From the human T2T-CHM13v2.0 reference genome, Homo sapiens: a stretch of DNA of 64,000 nucleotides. The notes beneath the pieces are model-generated. The model had not been told where the DNA came from. It searched no databases and was given only the letters and a program-made list of their open reading frames with translations. Shown here piece by piece: positions 41,127 through 56,223 of this stretch. Numbering within the stretch: position 1 is the first letter of the stretch; the number at the start of each line of letters is the position of its first letter. The stretch lies in assembly GCF_009914755.1 (NCBI RefSeq), contig NC_060929.1, one strand, 5' to 3'. A program made the position numbers and the translations under genes.

Positions 41127-43835
41127 TGCCTAAGGTCTTTGGATGCTCCTGTCAGACTTCACCCAGGCTTTTTCTTTGGGCATACAGTTTTATGACCTAG
41201 GCTTGTATCATCAGGAAAATAAATACAAGCCACAGTAAAAACTCAGACTGTGAGGAACTGCCCTGCAGGTATTCACTCAGCAAACTGCTTCAAGTGTCTC
41301 TTCTGTGTCTGCACTATGCTGGGTGCCAGGAGGACAATGTCTTATAAACCAAAAACTAGGTTCAAGGAACTCACCATCTAGTGAAAGAAACTGACAACCA
41401 GATGTCGTGCAAAACATTTTAGGAGCTACTAGAGGAATATTGAACTGGTTGGTTGATTTACTGAACATGAGAGAACAAAAAGCAGAACTACATTTCCTTG
41501 ACTAACATCAGAAACTATTTTCTTTCAAAATGTTCTTTTTTTGTGTGTTTTTATTTAATCATTAAAATGTCAGTTAAAACAACATGAAAAGGATGAAGGA
41601 CTATCTTTGGATGTGAAGGATGAGAGAAAAAGTTTCCCCTTTCCCAACCAGTGCCACAGCCTTCCCTACCAGTGGGTTCTGTAGAACAGAGGAAGAATTT
41701 GGGGACTTGCAAAATTAGGCTGACCTTCAATTAACTGCATTAAGAAAGCCAGTAAGTATAAGTCCAAAAATGAACTGCAGTTAACCTTGAAATAAAGAAG
41801 AATCGGTTAGAAAGATTCATAGTAATTACAGAATTACACACTGCAAATATGATTAATCCAGTTTCTCCATTCCAGCCCTCCGAGTTTCTCCCTGGCTTCT
41901 TCCCCAGTGCTGAGAGGGCACTCTGGCGTGTCAAGGGTGAGCCCTGTAGATTTTGGCAATGTAAAGTCCTTCCCCGGGGCCCTAATGTAGTTGAGTTGCT
42001 TAAAAGCTGCTTTCAGGGTAAATGAAAAGTCCAGTCCTATTTGTACCACTGTAGAACCACACAATATCAAAGTGCAAATCATGCCCCAGCCCTCAGACAG
42101 AATCAGTCCCCCTTCCTCTCAACTCCCACAGACTATGCCCACACCCTCGAGGGAGCTTCCTCATGGGGTATTGCATAATCTAACCTCCCACAACACTGGG
42201 ATCTCCTTGAAGCCAGGGACCATTTCCTAAACCTTTCTGCGTTGTCACTATCTTATACAATGACCAGTACTTAACATTTGTAAGTGATGGATTTTCAAAT
42301 TGCTATAATTTGCTAGTCTTAAGAGAATTTTGTTCTGTTCTTTTACAATAAATAGTAGATAAAACTGCCTGGAATGTGGATATGAGGCTGGAGGAGGAGC
42401 AGCCATATTGGAACAATGAGGCAACAATGCTTCCTACCATGTATGGTCAAGAGGTAGAGGGAGATTGTCAGTGTGGAGCTCCTGTACCCACTTGGTGCTG
42501 GTCTTCTTGTTATTTGAGAAAATGAATCCTTTACTTGGTTAAGAAAATGTATTCAGAGTTCTGTGGCTTGCAGCGAAACACAATCCTTATCTGATATATA
42601 GAGCAAATCAAATGTCAATTCCTCTACCTGACTGTCAAAGTTCTCCATAATCAAGTCCAACTCTGTTCCCCTTCTCTCTAAAATCCTGTCAACTGCAGTC
42701 AGATCAGACTTTCACAATTAGCTACAAGAGGCATAATAATTCCTTCCTCGTTGCCTTTGTTTAGACTGATTGGCCATCCAGAAATGTTCTTTTCATTGAC
42801 CCATTCCATTCTTCCCGGCTGAACTTAAGTTCAGCTTCTTCCCGGAAACCTTTGCTCCCTACTCAGTTATCTGTCTCTTGTTTCAAATCCTATGACATTA
42901 AACCCACTGATCCCCGGGTTAAATGTATGTTTTCCCCCTATATTGCACTCTGATTATTTTGTGTTTAGGTTTAGTGCTTAACCAGTGCTTAAGCTCCCTG
43001 CAGCCTAGGATTCATACTCTCTTCTGTCATTGCACCTTGCACTGTACTGGTCACCATGAAGATACTCAGTAGATATCCCTTGCTTGGTTGTGATCCTCTT
43101 ACTATGCATTGCTATATCTGCCTTTGAAAAGAGGTTTGTCTGTGGCTTGAAGAGCACATGTGAATTTAGGTTGTATCTCCATCTGGCAAATTAATGTTGC
43201 CATTGGTTGCCAGTTCAGAATCAGAATGAATTAATTTGCCATGTGGAGAAATTTGCAGCAGCAAACATTATCATTATGGCTTATTTATTGCTGTGAGCAC
43301 TATGTTGAATTTGCACATTGTTTAAAGAGCATTTGTTGGTACTGGAGATGAACCTTTAACCTCTTAAATCTATGTCTTTGGCCTCAAGAAGATGAGATCA
43401 GGAGTTTCTGACACTGTCTCAGAAGCACCACAAAGGCCAATTAAAAGGCTCAGAACTCTCAGGCTCCTGCACGGAGCTGGGGCAGCTAAGCCATCCTGAA
43501 AGTCTCCTTGGAGGGCTGTGGTTCTCCACTGCACACAAAGGAGAAAGGACAGGGGAGGGGGGAAAATGCCACTGTTGATTAAATCTGTGAGGGTTTAAGT
43601 ATTCTTCCACTACATTGAAATAATCACAGGACTTATATCTTGGACAGGTTTGTATCTCTCTTTTGGGACTTAAACTGTGAAAATAAAAAAGGACATCAGA
43701 GTAAGGGAGGGAAAGTCCAAATTCAGAAAGGAAGGTTACTGTAATTTTTCAGTTTTCTATGTTAATTTTTTTAATAAGATTTCATCACATTCATAACCTT
43801 GCTTTCTTTTTCTTTGTCTCAAATGTACACCCATG

Positions 43836-43870
43836 CACACACACACACACACACACACAGACACACACAC
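43836..43870. repeat. (CA)n microsatellite, interrupted
   Basis: Read directly from the sequence. Confidence 0.95.
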
Positions 43871-45389
43871 AAGCCATGTAAAGTAATCCAAGTTGCTTAT
43901 TCTTTGTGTGTGCATTACATTAACAAAATAGGGGGTTCCCTTCAAAGATATAGTTCCCTTAGCAACCTTACTGGAATTTCCTTCTCTGTATGGAATCCTC
44001 CACATCTTTAACCACAGAATCCACTTACTATTTGGAATTCTAAGTCTGCCTTATTGAATAATAATTCCTAATTTAGGAATTACAATGACTCTTTATTTGG
44101 CATTTTAATCTCAATTTTTAAAAATTTAATTAGAAAGAAAGGAGGGGTAGCATAAAAGAATTGTTTCTCTTGAACTTTTCTGTCCAGGGTACAGATCTTG
44201 GGACAAACACCCACAGAAGCCTTTATAAAAGCCTATGAGGTGCTTTGGGAGCTTCTTTGAGGAGGCTCAATGTTGCTTACTGAGAACTCCACCCTGGAGT
44301 CTTGAGAAGAAAGGCCAGAGTTACCATCTTTGCTCTGACATGCAGGAGCTTATGAGCAGCAATCCTGAAGCCCGCAGCCTGAAGACCTTCCTGTAGGGCT
44401 CAGGGACCCAAAAGTGAGCAGAAAGCTGCCTTCACAGACTGGTCCCTGATGTATTTACTGCCCAACACAAGGAAGGCCCATGGTGGGTGGGAGAGAAGGG
44501 GGTCTTCTGCAAAGATCTTCCTTCTAAGGGAAGATGAAATGCCTTCCCTTAGAGGCTTGCTACCTCACTGGAGGAAACTCACTAAAGATCATAGGACCAT
44601 AGATTTTCTAAGCTGGAAGGAACCTAAAAGGACTACAGAGGTAAGCCGCACTAAATTCTCTTAAACTTTCAGAGGCTTGGTTTCCACATTTATGAAACTC
44701 AGCTGGTAATGCCTACCTTAGCAATTCATTCAATGAGACCATTATCTTGCAGAGGGCCTGTACAGAATAAGTGAGTTTTGATCTGCTTTTAGTACTATCA
44801 ATATACAAGTCAGAAAACTGTATTCAATAGATGATGCTGATAATAGGATATCATGTTGGAGTGAGGTAGTCAAAGGAGTTCTGCTATTGATTTAATAGTA
44901 GGTAAAAGACAAAAAGACTGGAGCATTCTGAAACCAAATCACTGAGGGTAAGACATGCCCTCTAAGGTGGCTTCCAGCAACAGTGGTTGATTTGGGCTGA
45001 TCTGCCCAATCAGAGGCTCTCATTGTCCATCAGCCCGTAAAATCTGGCCTCGGGGAACACGGTGACACCATGCCGTCATGAACAAGGAGCAGGATCTGTC
45101 TGACTGCAGCCCTGTTGTAGCACTGAGCTCACCACGTGTAAAGAAGCAAAGTATGACCCCATAACAATGATGCCCTGACCACTCTAAAGTTACAAATCTC
45201 TGCATCCCTGGCTGTCTCTTTCACAGCCTCAAGTTTTATTTTCCTGGTAGCACCATAAAAAAATTTCTTGGTCATTCATATGTTTATTATCTGACTTGCC
45301 CCACTAGATCCTAAGTTTCATAAGACCAGGTACCTGGCCTGTGTTCACTGTTGTATGTCTCTAGAAGAATGGCTGGTACATGGTAGGTC

Positions 45390-45577
45390 AGCACACGAGA
45401 ATCACTTTGGAAGTTTTAAACATACAATGCCCCCTCCCTTAAAAAATGCAAACCTAGGCTCTTTCCTAGACCAAAATCACCTCAGGATCTCTTGGGTGGG
45501 AGTCAGGCATCGATGTTTTTTAAGAGCTCTGTATTGTAGGTGATTCTCATGGCCATCCTAGGCTGAAAAGTACTGTA
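45390..45577. mobile_element. MER5-type relic
   Basis: agaatcactttgg...ggtgattctcatggccatcctaggctgaaaagtactg. Confidence 0.55.
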
Positions 45578-46911
45578 GGGAGTACTCAGTGAATCTCTGT
45601 TCGATGTAAATGGAAGTCTCTACAATAAGGGAAGTGTGAATGGACATGGTGAGTGGGTGAGCATGGCAGCAGAGACATTCTGCTGGAAAAAGCCCTATGA
45701 CTTGCAGTCATCCCTCCCTTTCCACCACCCACCCAGGATACTAATGGTGGGGTGTTGGAGGTGTGGAGAAAATTTTTCTGTATGTCAAGATTGAGTTGAT
45801 GAGGCACAGCCATGGCGATGGCCATCTGGGGTCCAGGTAATCACAAAGGAAAAGTCCTGAACAGGTTATGCTCTCCCCTGGCAGCAGTGGGGAGTGCTCA
45901 CAGGTGCACCATTTGTATGCATGTGAGCCCTGAGCGGAAGACTTCTCTCCATCCCACATCAAGACCCTGCCCAGCCACTTGGTGAGAAGCTGGGTTGGAG
46001 ATACGGCTACCACCATAGGGATGGCTCTTCTAACCCACAAAGCTTAACAATGAGGAAGAGGGCAGGATGCTTTCTCTCTGCATGACTATGATACTTCTGA
46101 AAGGTCGGGCTGTGGGATTTTTTTTTTTCACTTCTGTCTTGGAAATCACCTCCATATGCTGGTTGGACTTCAGGATACAATTTCTTTACATTGAGAAAGC
46201 ATTTCCCACCATATAGAGGAGACAAAGTGGAACTGCTGGTTTTTCAACTCCCTTAATGGCTTTCAATGCCATTTGTCAAAAGGTTGGTTTTCTTTACAAT
46301 ATTAAAAAAATTTCTAACAACAAACAACTAAATGCAAAATCTTCCCTTGTACTTTGATTGATGGTTCACACCTTTTGGAATATCTAGCTCATATTTTTAG
46401 AAATAAGCAGCTGGTACTCTTGACATTTAATTTTAACAAAATGCCTCATTCAATTCCTTCTTTCCCAGAGAGGGTACACAGAATATTGGAAAATATCCAG
46501 TGGCACTGATCCAAGCGTCTACATTAAGTGTGGAGGAATGGGAGGATATGCTTTTAATGTCCTGGAAGTTGAGCTAATGGCATTGAAATGGCTGATCTTA
46601 AGAAAACATGATTGTGACAAGGAAGGATGACTATTCTAGCTGCTATTGATATCTGCAGGAGAGACCTTTAAAACTGAGGGTGACCAAATAGGTTTCTGTT
46701 CCTGGGTTAGTGTTTTACCCAAAGAGCTTTGCTGCAAATCAACAATTCTGGTAACAATAATGATAGCTATTATTAACTGAGGACTCACCACATGCAAGTC
46801 TTTTATATGGAGTCTATGGTTTAATCAGTACAATTATCCCTATTTTATAGGTAAGGAATTTGAGGCACAACGAATATAAATGACTTATCTACGGTCACAT
46901 AACCTGGAAGT

Positions 46912-47113
46912 AAGGGATCAGACCGTAAATATTTTCAGCTTTCTGAGGCACACAGTCTCTGTTGCAACTACTCAATCCTGTCAGTGGCAATGAAAGCAGC
47001 CAGAGTCACCACATAAACAAACGGAAGTGGCTGTGTTTTAATAAAACTTTATTTACAAAAAAAAAAAGTGGTGGGCTGGATTTGACCTGAGGTCTATAGT
47101 TTGCCAATTTCTG
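46912..47113. mobile_element. MER58A-like DNA transposon relic
   Basis: gtaaatattttcagctt...ctctgttgcaactactcaa...aataaaactttatttacaaaa...tagtttgccaa. Confidence 0.8.
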
Positions 47114-48423
47114 CTCTTAGTCATGACATAAGAACTATTGCAAACAGTTGTTGAGCCCACTTATATAATGGCCTTCTGGATAAATATTTGAGGGTTTGTT
47201 TTTTTTTAATGAATCCTATTTCTGAATTCCAGCAACACTCTCAAAGTTTTGGTGGGAAAAGACATTTCAGTGAGTAGGATTGTAAGACTACATAAGCAAC
47301 CTTCAGGGGAAAGCCTCCAAGGGCGTCATGGCTCCCAGGAGTTTGTGAGCTGGGCAGTGAAAGAGGAGTTAGATTTATGCAATGTCTGCTCTGTGCCAGG
47401 CCTTGTGTGGGGGCCCTTCACAGTCACCCATTTCTTCAGTGTCTTGATATACCACACAACCACAAAGATAGAATAATGGAAGGAAATGGAGCATTGTATC
47501 ATTTAATCCCTGCATCAATCCTGCAACACAGTGCCATTATTCCATTTTATGGATGAGAAATCAAAGCATAGAAAGGAACTGGCTTGCCTGAGGTGAGGGA
47601 GTGAGTAAGTGGCTGAGCTGGCATTCCACCCCAAATGTGCCCAATTTCTTTGCCTGTACATCTTTCATTAGTCCACACTGCTCCTTTAGAGTGAACTGCA
47701 CAGCTCACCTTGCTTAACTCAGTCACTGAGTTTGGAAAGTCAGTTAAATTTGAGAGTCTATTTATTTTTACCCCTAGAAAAGAAAAGGAAACCCTGGTAA
47801 TCCTACTCATTTTACATGTTGCTGTAATAATCAAGCAAGATAGAGTAGGTGAAAGATTTTTGCAAAGGGTGGAAATATTCTGCAAATGTAAAGTGGTGGC
47901 ACCTGCCAGGGAACTGGCCATTGAAAGGGTTTGCTCACCCCAAGGGGACTTTGTCTACTGAATCATTCAGACGGCTCAAGTCTGGGAAGACATTGGCCTC
48001 TAAAAATCCCCTGAAATCAGTCCAAAGCCCAGGAACTTGGAAAAGGTTACAGAATAGTCATTCAATTTCTACTCACATAAATGACTCTTATAAACACTTG
48101 TTTCATCACCATCCCTGCCTCCCTCCCTGTTTTCCTCCAAGAGATTTTCCTCCTACTTCTGTTCTAGTTTCAAATGGGCTCTTCCTCCTGAGGATGAGTG
48201 TAAATCCAGCCCTTTATCCCAGACCTAGCTCTTGCCCATTTGTTTCAACAATATCTTTGTAACAGGAAACATTGTACCAGGTTCATTCCAGGTCCAAAGC
48301 TCCAACTCATAGGTAGAGATGGCTTTAGTGAGTCTGCCTTGCCCCTATGATTTTTTAAACCTCTGGCTAAAAGTCAGAAACTAGGAAGGTTGAATAGCCT
48401 GATTGTACAAGAAAACAAATCCT

Positions 48424-48592
48424 GGCTTGGCGTTGTGGCTTACACCTGTAATCCCAGCACTTTGGGAGTCTGAGGCAGGAGGATGGCTTGAGCCTAGGAG
48501 TTTGAGACCAGCCTGGGCAACATAGGGAGACACTGTCTCTATTTATTAAAAAAATTAAAAAATTAAAAATTAAAAAAAGAAAAATAAAAAAA
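48424..48592 (+). mobile_element. FLAM / Alu left monomer
   Basis: gtggcttacacctgtaatcccagcactttggga...gcaacatagggagacactgtctct plus A-rich tail. Confidence 0.88.
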
Positions 48593-51500
48593 TCCTGTAT
48601 GTCAAAAATAATGTAACATTTAAAAGGAAATGACAAACCAAAAAAATTTTTTTCAACATATGACAAATAATTAATGTTATTGAACATCTAAAAGCTTCTA
48701 TAAATCAATCACAAAAGTGACAACTTAAAGTGGAAAATTGGTCAACAGCCACCAAAATGCAATGTAGAAGAACAATACTAATGATGAATTTTTTAAAACT
48801 TTTTTGGGGCTAGTTTCAAGTAACACCAGATTCCTAGTTATCATAGAATCACCAGTAATAGAGATGTTTAGACAAAATACACAGGATCATATCTGGCTTA
48901 TTTAAGTTGCATGAGTGTGTGTGCACAAGCATGTGTAATCTCTATATAAACACACACCTGCCTGAGACAGCTTAGATGACTGGAAGGTATAAGACTGGAG
49001 ACAGGGATTGGACTGAATTTCAGGTTTAAAATTTGTAAAAACAACACATACTAATATAACCAAGACTTCAGCCTGAGAACTTGAACAAAGGGTGAAAAAA
49101 CAGATATATTTAAGGAGGAGATGCAAGCAGGCTCACAAAGTCTTGTTTTGCAGCAATGGCTGGAATGTGGCATACACGGTCCAAGGCTCATCTAAGGCAG
49201 AATCATACATGAGAAAAATCCATTCATGAAACTAAATCATCCTAAAGCAAATGACACTTCATGAATAGAGACTAAAACCAAAGTGTGAAGGACATTTTCC
49301 AAATCAGTGTGAAAGTATGCAGAAATAGCTGGATCTAAATTGAATAAGAATTGTGTGACAAATTGATGAGGTACTGAGGGAAAGCCAATTAAGACACTGA
49401 GGGGCCTATTCTGAGAGACTGGATGCCACAGACTGAATCTAGAAGAAGATTCTGCATAAAGAATATTTTCTTGGAAGGTTTGGCAAAAGAAAGAGTTCTT
49501 TTAAGTGCTTTCCCGTAACTTATTTTCTGTTCCTTGGAACTTTTCGACTTTTAGTGGTTTGGAATGACTTGGTTCTGGTGGATTTCAATCAATATCCCTC
49601 CCTTCCTGTACTCCATGCTTCCCCACAATCCCCCTGTCTTGGTGGAGTAACAGGTTGATTCTGATTTATCACTAACCTTCTCTAACTTCCTTATAAAAGG
49701 AGTACATTAGATAACAATTAATGGGCATTTGGGAAATGAACCTTTCAAGTTTTCATCTTCATTTATACTGATTGAAGAACTGGTGAGGCGAACCTAAGAC
49801 AGAACTAATTTGAATGCATAAAAAAATAATGGAGTGAATAAATAAAACATCTTTCTACTGAAGGTCTCACCTGGAAAGAGATAATTCATTTGAGTCTTTT
49901 TAATAACAACAAAATACAAGCAAATTCAATCTAGAGTTTGCAAAATTGCCTATAGTTTCTAAAACCTTTGGGTTCTCAGAGTAAATAGCTATTCTGTAGA
50001 AATTCATGGAAAATTCCACGTGAGTGAAGACTGCTTTGTAGGGAGGATTAAGCAAGCCACGCTTTAAGAGCCCCTGTATATCGTATTGCCTAAGAAGTGA
50101 GCCCTGGGCCAATTCACAGCTTGTGAACTTCATGTGGAGAAAGAGTGCGGGAAATATTGAAGGACGGAAGGAACACCATGTGTGGACACCCTAAAACGGA
50201 CAGGTGACTCAGCTCTCTGGGTGTTAGAGGGCTATTGGCAAATAACAGCCGTAATAAAAAGCCCGTGCAGCCTCATGGTTAGCAAAGAACAGAAGAAAGT
50301 CCTGAAAGCAGTAGAGATAAGCTGGCTACTGATCAGATATATTAAAAGACAAAATGTGTTGGTACCCGAATTAGATTAAGGTGAACAATTCTATATAATT
50401 TATTTTTAATGACCTTTAAATAGTATAATTTATTACCATTGTAAATAGAAGGCTGAAATATCTAAGAAAGAAAATTAAAATAATCAATAATACTACCACC
50501 AAGAGTTACTGTGTTAATATTTTGGTCCGTTTCTTTCAAGTCTTTTACTATGCATGAATATATTTTCTTTTACAGCACTACTTATTATATATCTCTATGC
50601 ACTAGACAAATAGCACTGCGGTAGACAACTTTGTTCATAAATCCTTGTTACATCTCTATCATTTCCTTAGATTAGATTCTCTAGAAATAGAATTACAAAG
50701 TGAAAGTATATTAATTTTCAGGTCTTAATACATATTGCTAAATTGTTTTCCCAAAAGATCAACCTAATTTATACTTATATTACTCATTTCTATAAATGTA
50801 TCTTTTTGTCTTCTGTGACTCCTTTTGTTTTCCACCTGACATTAAGTAAGCTCCTACATTTGACCCAACATTATAATAAGAATAAGAAACAATTCTAGGT
50901 TTATTGAGATAATTATTTCATGACGTTGTGCTAACTTACACTGAGATAACTCCCAATTCTTTCAAAATTTTCATACCCATTAGTATGTTTAGTTCCCCCC
51001 AAACCCCTGAGGTGAAGAGAATTAATTATAGAATGTTTAGTGCATGGGAAAGGGTTTCTGATATCCTCTAGTTCAGGTTTCATTCATCCGATAGAGGCAT
51101 GGGCAAGATATGAGAGTTTTAAAGTTCTAGAGTCCAAGTGTCAGGAATCTCGGTTCATATATTCCTTCTTACTGGATGACTTTGACTCTATCCTGGTCCG
51201 TGTAAAGCTTTGTATCATTCTTAATTTCCTCCTCCTCTGCACTGTTTCATCAGTCCATTGGGAAGTACACCATTAGGTTTCTTGCTCTTCCAGGAGTATG
51301 AAAATAACTAGAAATCTGGACTCGGACTCATAAGTAGAGACAAAACAGTCTTGAAATGAATGTTTTACCTATGATGTGGGTGAAAACCTAGAAAAGATCC
51401 CCCAACATCATGTAATGAGCCAATGAAGTTGAGAGAGTCAGATCTGTGCTTAGGATAAACTTGATAAACCAAAGTAGTCAAGGGGAAGTTTAGTAAGAAG

Positions 51501-51885
51501 AAGTGTAGGGTCCCAGGCTCAACGTATTTCAGTATCAGACTATTCTGACAATAAGGACTACCAAATGCTGACATTTGCTGGGACTCCTCTGGATAATTCT
51601 CACCTGCTTCTCTGATTTAGGTAGCATAAGTGAGTTCTTTCAACAGACAGGGGACACCTTCCAGGGAAACCATCTATGAGCCCTAAAGATTGAATATTCT
51701 ATGTTGCAGATTATCATCATGTTAATGTATTATGGGATTACAATACATTGCTTAGAGCTTAAAACAGCACTGTGCAGGTGTTTGAGCATCAACCTGTGGT
51801 CCACCACAGGCTCCGGAGAGCTGTTGCCTTGTCTTCCTATGGCAGTCAAATTTATTTTATTTAGAAACATCACAGTTGCATTTCT

Positions 51886-51889
<4 letters not shown>

Positions 51890-51935
<46 letters not shown>
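51890..51935. repeat. (TG)n microsatellite, ~23 units
   Basis: Read directly from the sequence. Confidence 0.97.
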
Positions 51936-51936
<1 letters not shown>

Positions 51937-53354
51937 TTTTAAATTCTGAGAAACCTTCTCTTAAAATGCCTGACATTTAAGAAAATCTGGCACTGTATTG
52001 CCACCACTGAAGCCAAGTATCACATGTGTAGAAAGTAGCACAGTTTGGCATGCTGAGTGTGCCAAATTTCCCTTAAAATTAACATTTGCACCGTATGTTA
52101 GTACCCTAAACTCAATACTTTTTTGGCTGATGAAAATGCAAAAGGAAAACATTTCCAGACTGAGTCCTGTTCTCTTTCTCTGTAGATGCTGTTTTAAAGA
52201 AATTAGCAGTAGTCTTCCTTTGGAAGTAAAAATGAGTGCCTGCTGTAATTCATGGTGAGAAGTCAGGCATCCAGTGGTGTCAAAGCTAGAAGATCCATGC
52301 TGGTCAGGCAAAGGTACCTGAAGGTGTCAATCCTGCAAGATTGTCCTGTGCTCTCCATTTACCATTCAGCCCCTCACAATGTCTTGGGTAGTAACTCAGA
52401 GGTGAGGTCCAGCTTCTTCATCCTCTATCATGATGTTTGAGAGGGTAAAGTGAACAGGTGGAGACAAGAAAGCTCACACTGAACTTAGAGCATTATGCCA
52501 GACATTTAGATAATGCCCAGGCAACCCAGGGTAACAAGAGACCTATACCCACCACTGTGGTGGGTCCCAGATGCTGGCTTCCTGGCCTTTGAGGTCACAT
52601 TCCCTCTGAGATCCTTCCTCAGATAGCCCCTACCTGTCTCTGTGGCATGTAGCTTCCACAATATGAGAAGAAGTAACATTCTTTGTGCCTGTGAGTCAAG
52701 CATCTGCACCTTTCTAGATTTTCAGTGTATTTTGTACAAACCAGTGATATATCGCCATGCTCCCTGGACACCTGTGTGGCTCTGGCAGAGTTTGGGGGCT
52801 CTCCTTGAATCACAGGGGAGACAGCCTTTCACTTCTAGATATTGATCCTAAACTGTACCAAGGGGAAGGATGAGAGAACAAAGTTGTGTTACTACTAAAA
52901 CTGCCAGAGATATTTAAACTGTGATGGGAATGATGGGCCTGGGGCTTCATCCCACTGGAGTATTAAGTAAGAATCATGTGCTCCTGGCCCTCAAGCAGGT
53001 TTTTTCATCTGTACCATGAGGGATACACAGTATTTAAGGGGAAAGTTTAAAATCTAAGAAAGTCTGAAGATCTACTTAAAAAAAAAACTTTTTATTAAGG
53101 AAAAGTTCAAACTATGAAAGTAGACAGAATAATATCTGTCCTTATACTTAGTTTCAATTCATGACCAATCTCATTTCATCTATACCTCACTCACTTTCCC
53201 CACCTTCCGACTGGGATGCTTTTGAAACAGATCCATGACATCATATTATTTCATCTATAAATATTTCAGAATGTATCTCTTAAACATGGGTAATTTTTCT
53301 TAAAACTTAGCCACAATAGTATATTATACCTAAAACTCAATAATTTCATTAATC

Positions 53355-53681
<327 letters not shown>

Positions 53682-54132
53682 TTAAATAGTCAGTATTCAA
53701 ATTTCTCTAGAAAAATTCAACTCTTTTGCTTTGGAATGAAGGCCATTTTGGAGTTTTGTCAGTTCACTATTGAACTAGTCAAATTCCACCTTTCAGATAT
53801 CATAGAGGTGTTAAGGTTGAAAGGAAAGATCTCTTCAGGAGCGATGACAAGAGAAGGAAAAACTATTTGGACTTCCTTATCCAGAGTCAATGATCATTAA
53901 GACTGAAAGGGTAAGTACCCATTACCCAGCCCCATCACACTTCCTTATTGTAGACTGAGGCACAGGATAGTAAGCTGATGTCCCCAAATGCACACAGCTA
54001 ATTAATGACAAAGTATTCAATTTTAAAATGCAAGAGGCTCTATTTAAGTCTTACCTGCTTTTTAAATTACCATAGAAGGACCTATATTTCCAGTGCTTTG
54101 TTCATGACTAAAATGTGTGTGGCTTGATGGTT

Positions 54133-54300
54133 TAGAGCTGTGCTGTATAATTCAGTACTCATCATTAGCCACGTGTGGCTTTTGAGCACATCAAATTCAG
54201 TTGACCTGGATAGAGGTACGCTGTACATGTAAAATGCACACTGGATTTCAAAAATTTAGTAAAAAAACATTAAAAAATGTTTAGTAATTATTGTATTCTC
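54133..54300. mobile_element. MER3/MER33-like relic
   Basis: tagagctgtgctgtataat...tagccacgtgtggcttttgagcac...gtaaaatgcacactggatttcaaaaatttagt. Confidence 0.7.
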
Positions 54301-54619
54301 TTGATTAAATGCGGAAAAAATATTTTTCAACATTGACACTCAGCACATGTTAGAGTGGTCATTTTACATGGATTTGTGTGATTATTCACTTAATGTCTGA
54401 CTCTCTCCATACTGTTTGCTCCATGAGGTCAGGGATCCTGTTAGTTCACAGTCACTATTGTGCCTGCCCCATAACAGACCCTCAGTTAAAGAAAGGAACA
54501 AAGGAAGAACAACTGGAATCCTGCCTGCTCTAGCTGTGTCCCTTCCTTCTTTATTACCTCTTCCCAGTTCACTAATGTGTTCTTGGACAGGCCATCTGAG
54601 TAACCTGGTATATGAATTA

Positions 54620-55372
54620 GCAAATCCTACGGGCTCCATTTTCAATGTCTGTCTAGAATCCAAGCACTTCTCACCACTTCCACTGCCTCTATCCTGGTCA
54701 GGCCGCCAGAGGTTCCTTCCAGGATCATTGTAACAGCCTCCTGACTCTTCTCCTGTCTTCTCCCTTGGGCTCCTGTCTGCTCAACACAATAGTCAGGCAG
54801 GTTCTATTAAAATGTAAATCAGATCTTGTTATTCCCCTGCTCAAAACTCTCTAGTGATTTTCCATCTATTTCAGAGTAAAAGCCACAGTCCGCGCCGTGG
54901 CCTACAAGTCTCTACATGAAGTTTCTCCCTGTTACTCCTATGATCTCATGCCCTACCACCTGCTCACTTGCTTCTTCCACTCCCACTCTCCAGCCTCTGG
55001 TTGTTCCTGGCACACACCAGGCATTCTCCTACCCCAGGGCCTTTCACTTGCTGTTCTTTCTGCCTGGACAGCTCTTCCCCAAGATACCCACGTGCCTCTT
55101 TTGCTTCCTTCAAGTTTTTACACAATACTGTGTCTGAAGTGAGGCCACCCGAACTCTGGCTACCAAGCACTCCGTATTCTCTCTCCTTCCTGACTTAATT
55201 TTTCTCCATATCTTCTAACACACTGTGCACCTTACTTTAGTCATTGTTCATTTTCCTCCACTAGAATGCAACTCTGTGTACACAGGAATATTTGTCTTTT
55301 GTTTCCTTATATATTCCTGCTGCCTAAAATAATGTTTCGTGAGAGGTTGTTGCCTGGTAAACATCTGTTGAC
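54620..55372 (+). mobile_element. L2 3' fragment
   Basis: aaatgtaaatcagatc...ccctgctcaaaac...ccagggcctttcacttgctgttc...ccactagaatgcaactc. Confidence 0.8.
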
Positions 55373-55931
55373 TGTGAGACTAAAGCTTAGCCTATGCACC
55401 TGAAAAATAGGCAGACTTGAGACCAGCCATTGGGCTTGAACATGCAGAATTGGCCTGTGCTGTCAGTGGGACCAACTCAGCTCTACCTTGGTGCTAGTTC
55501 AGGAGACTTGGAGGCTCCTTGCACTCAGATTGGCTGCCCAATCTTACAGCTCAGTTCTGATGACTGTGAGGCCCAAGGAAACAGTTTGGATTCAGGGAGG
55601 GTCTAACTGGCTCCTCCCAACATCCTGTGTACCTCCCCTGCCCTACACCACCACACACAAATATACCACAACATTCTCTCCCTTCCCAAGGACAGACTTG
55701 GGCTATTTCTAAAAGTGAGATTCTGATCCAAAACAGTAGCCAACACATAGTGCATCCCATGTGTACAGGAAAGGACAGGAGACCTCTGAGCAATTTCCTG
55801 GCCTTACATTTTTCCATTCCAGTAAATGAGGCCTTCTTTAGCTCAGGAATCTGTCTCTGAACCAAGCCAATGCTATAATGGTGCATGCCATTTGTTACTG
55901 CCTGGCTTATATCTTTGTTCTTTTATTTTCC

Positions 55932-56223
55932 TTTTCTTTTTTTTTTTAGATGGAGTCACTCTGTCACCTAGGCTGGAGTGCAATGGCCTCTGATCTGGGC
56001 TCACTGCAACCTCTGCATCCCGGGTTCAAGCGATTTTCCTGCCTCAGCCTCTTGAGTAGCTGGGATTACAGGCGCCTGCCACCACGCCTGGCTGCTTTTT
56101 GTATTTTAGTAGAGACGGGGTTTCACCATGTTGGCCAGACTGATCTTGAACTCCTGATCTTGTGATCCACCCGCCTTGGCCTCCCAAAGTGCTGGGATTA
56201 CAGGCATGAGCCACTACACCCTG
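55932..56223 (-). mobile_element. AluS
   Basis: Reverse Alu consensus; TSD-like ttct(t)tattttcc. Confidence 0.93.
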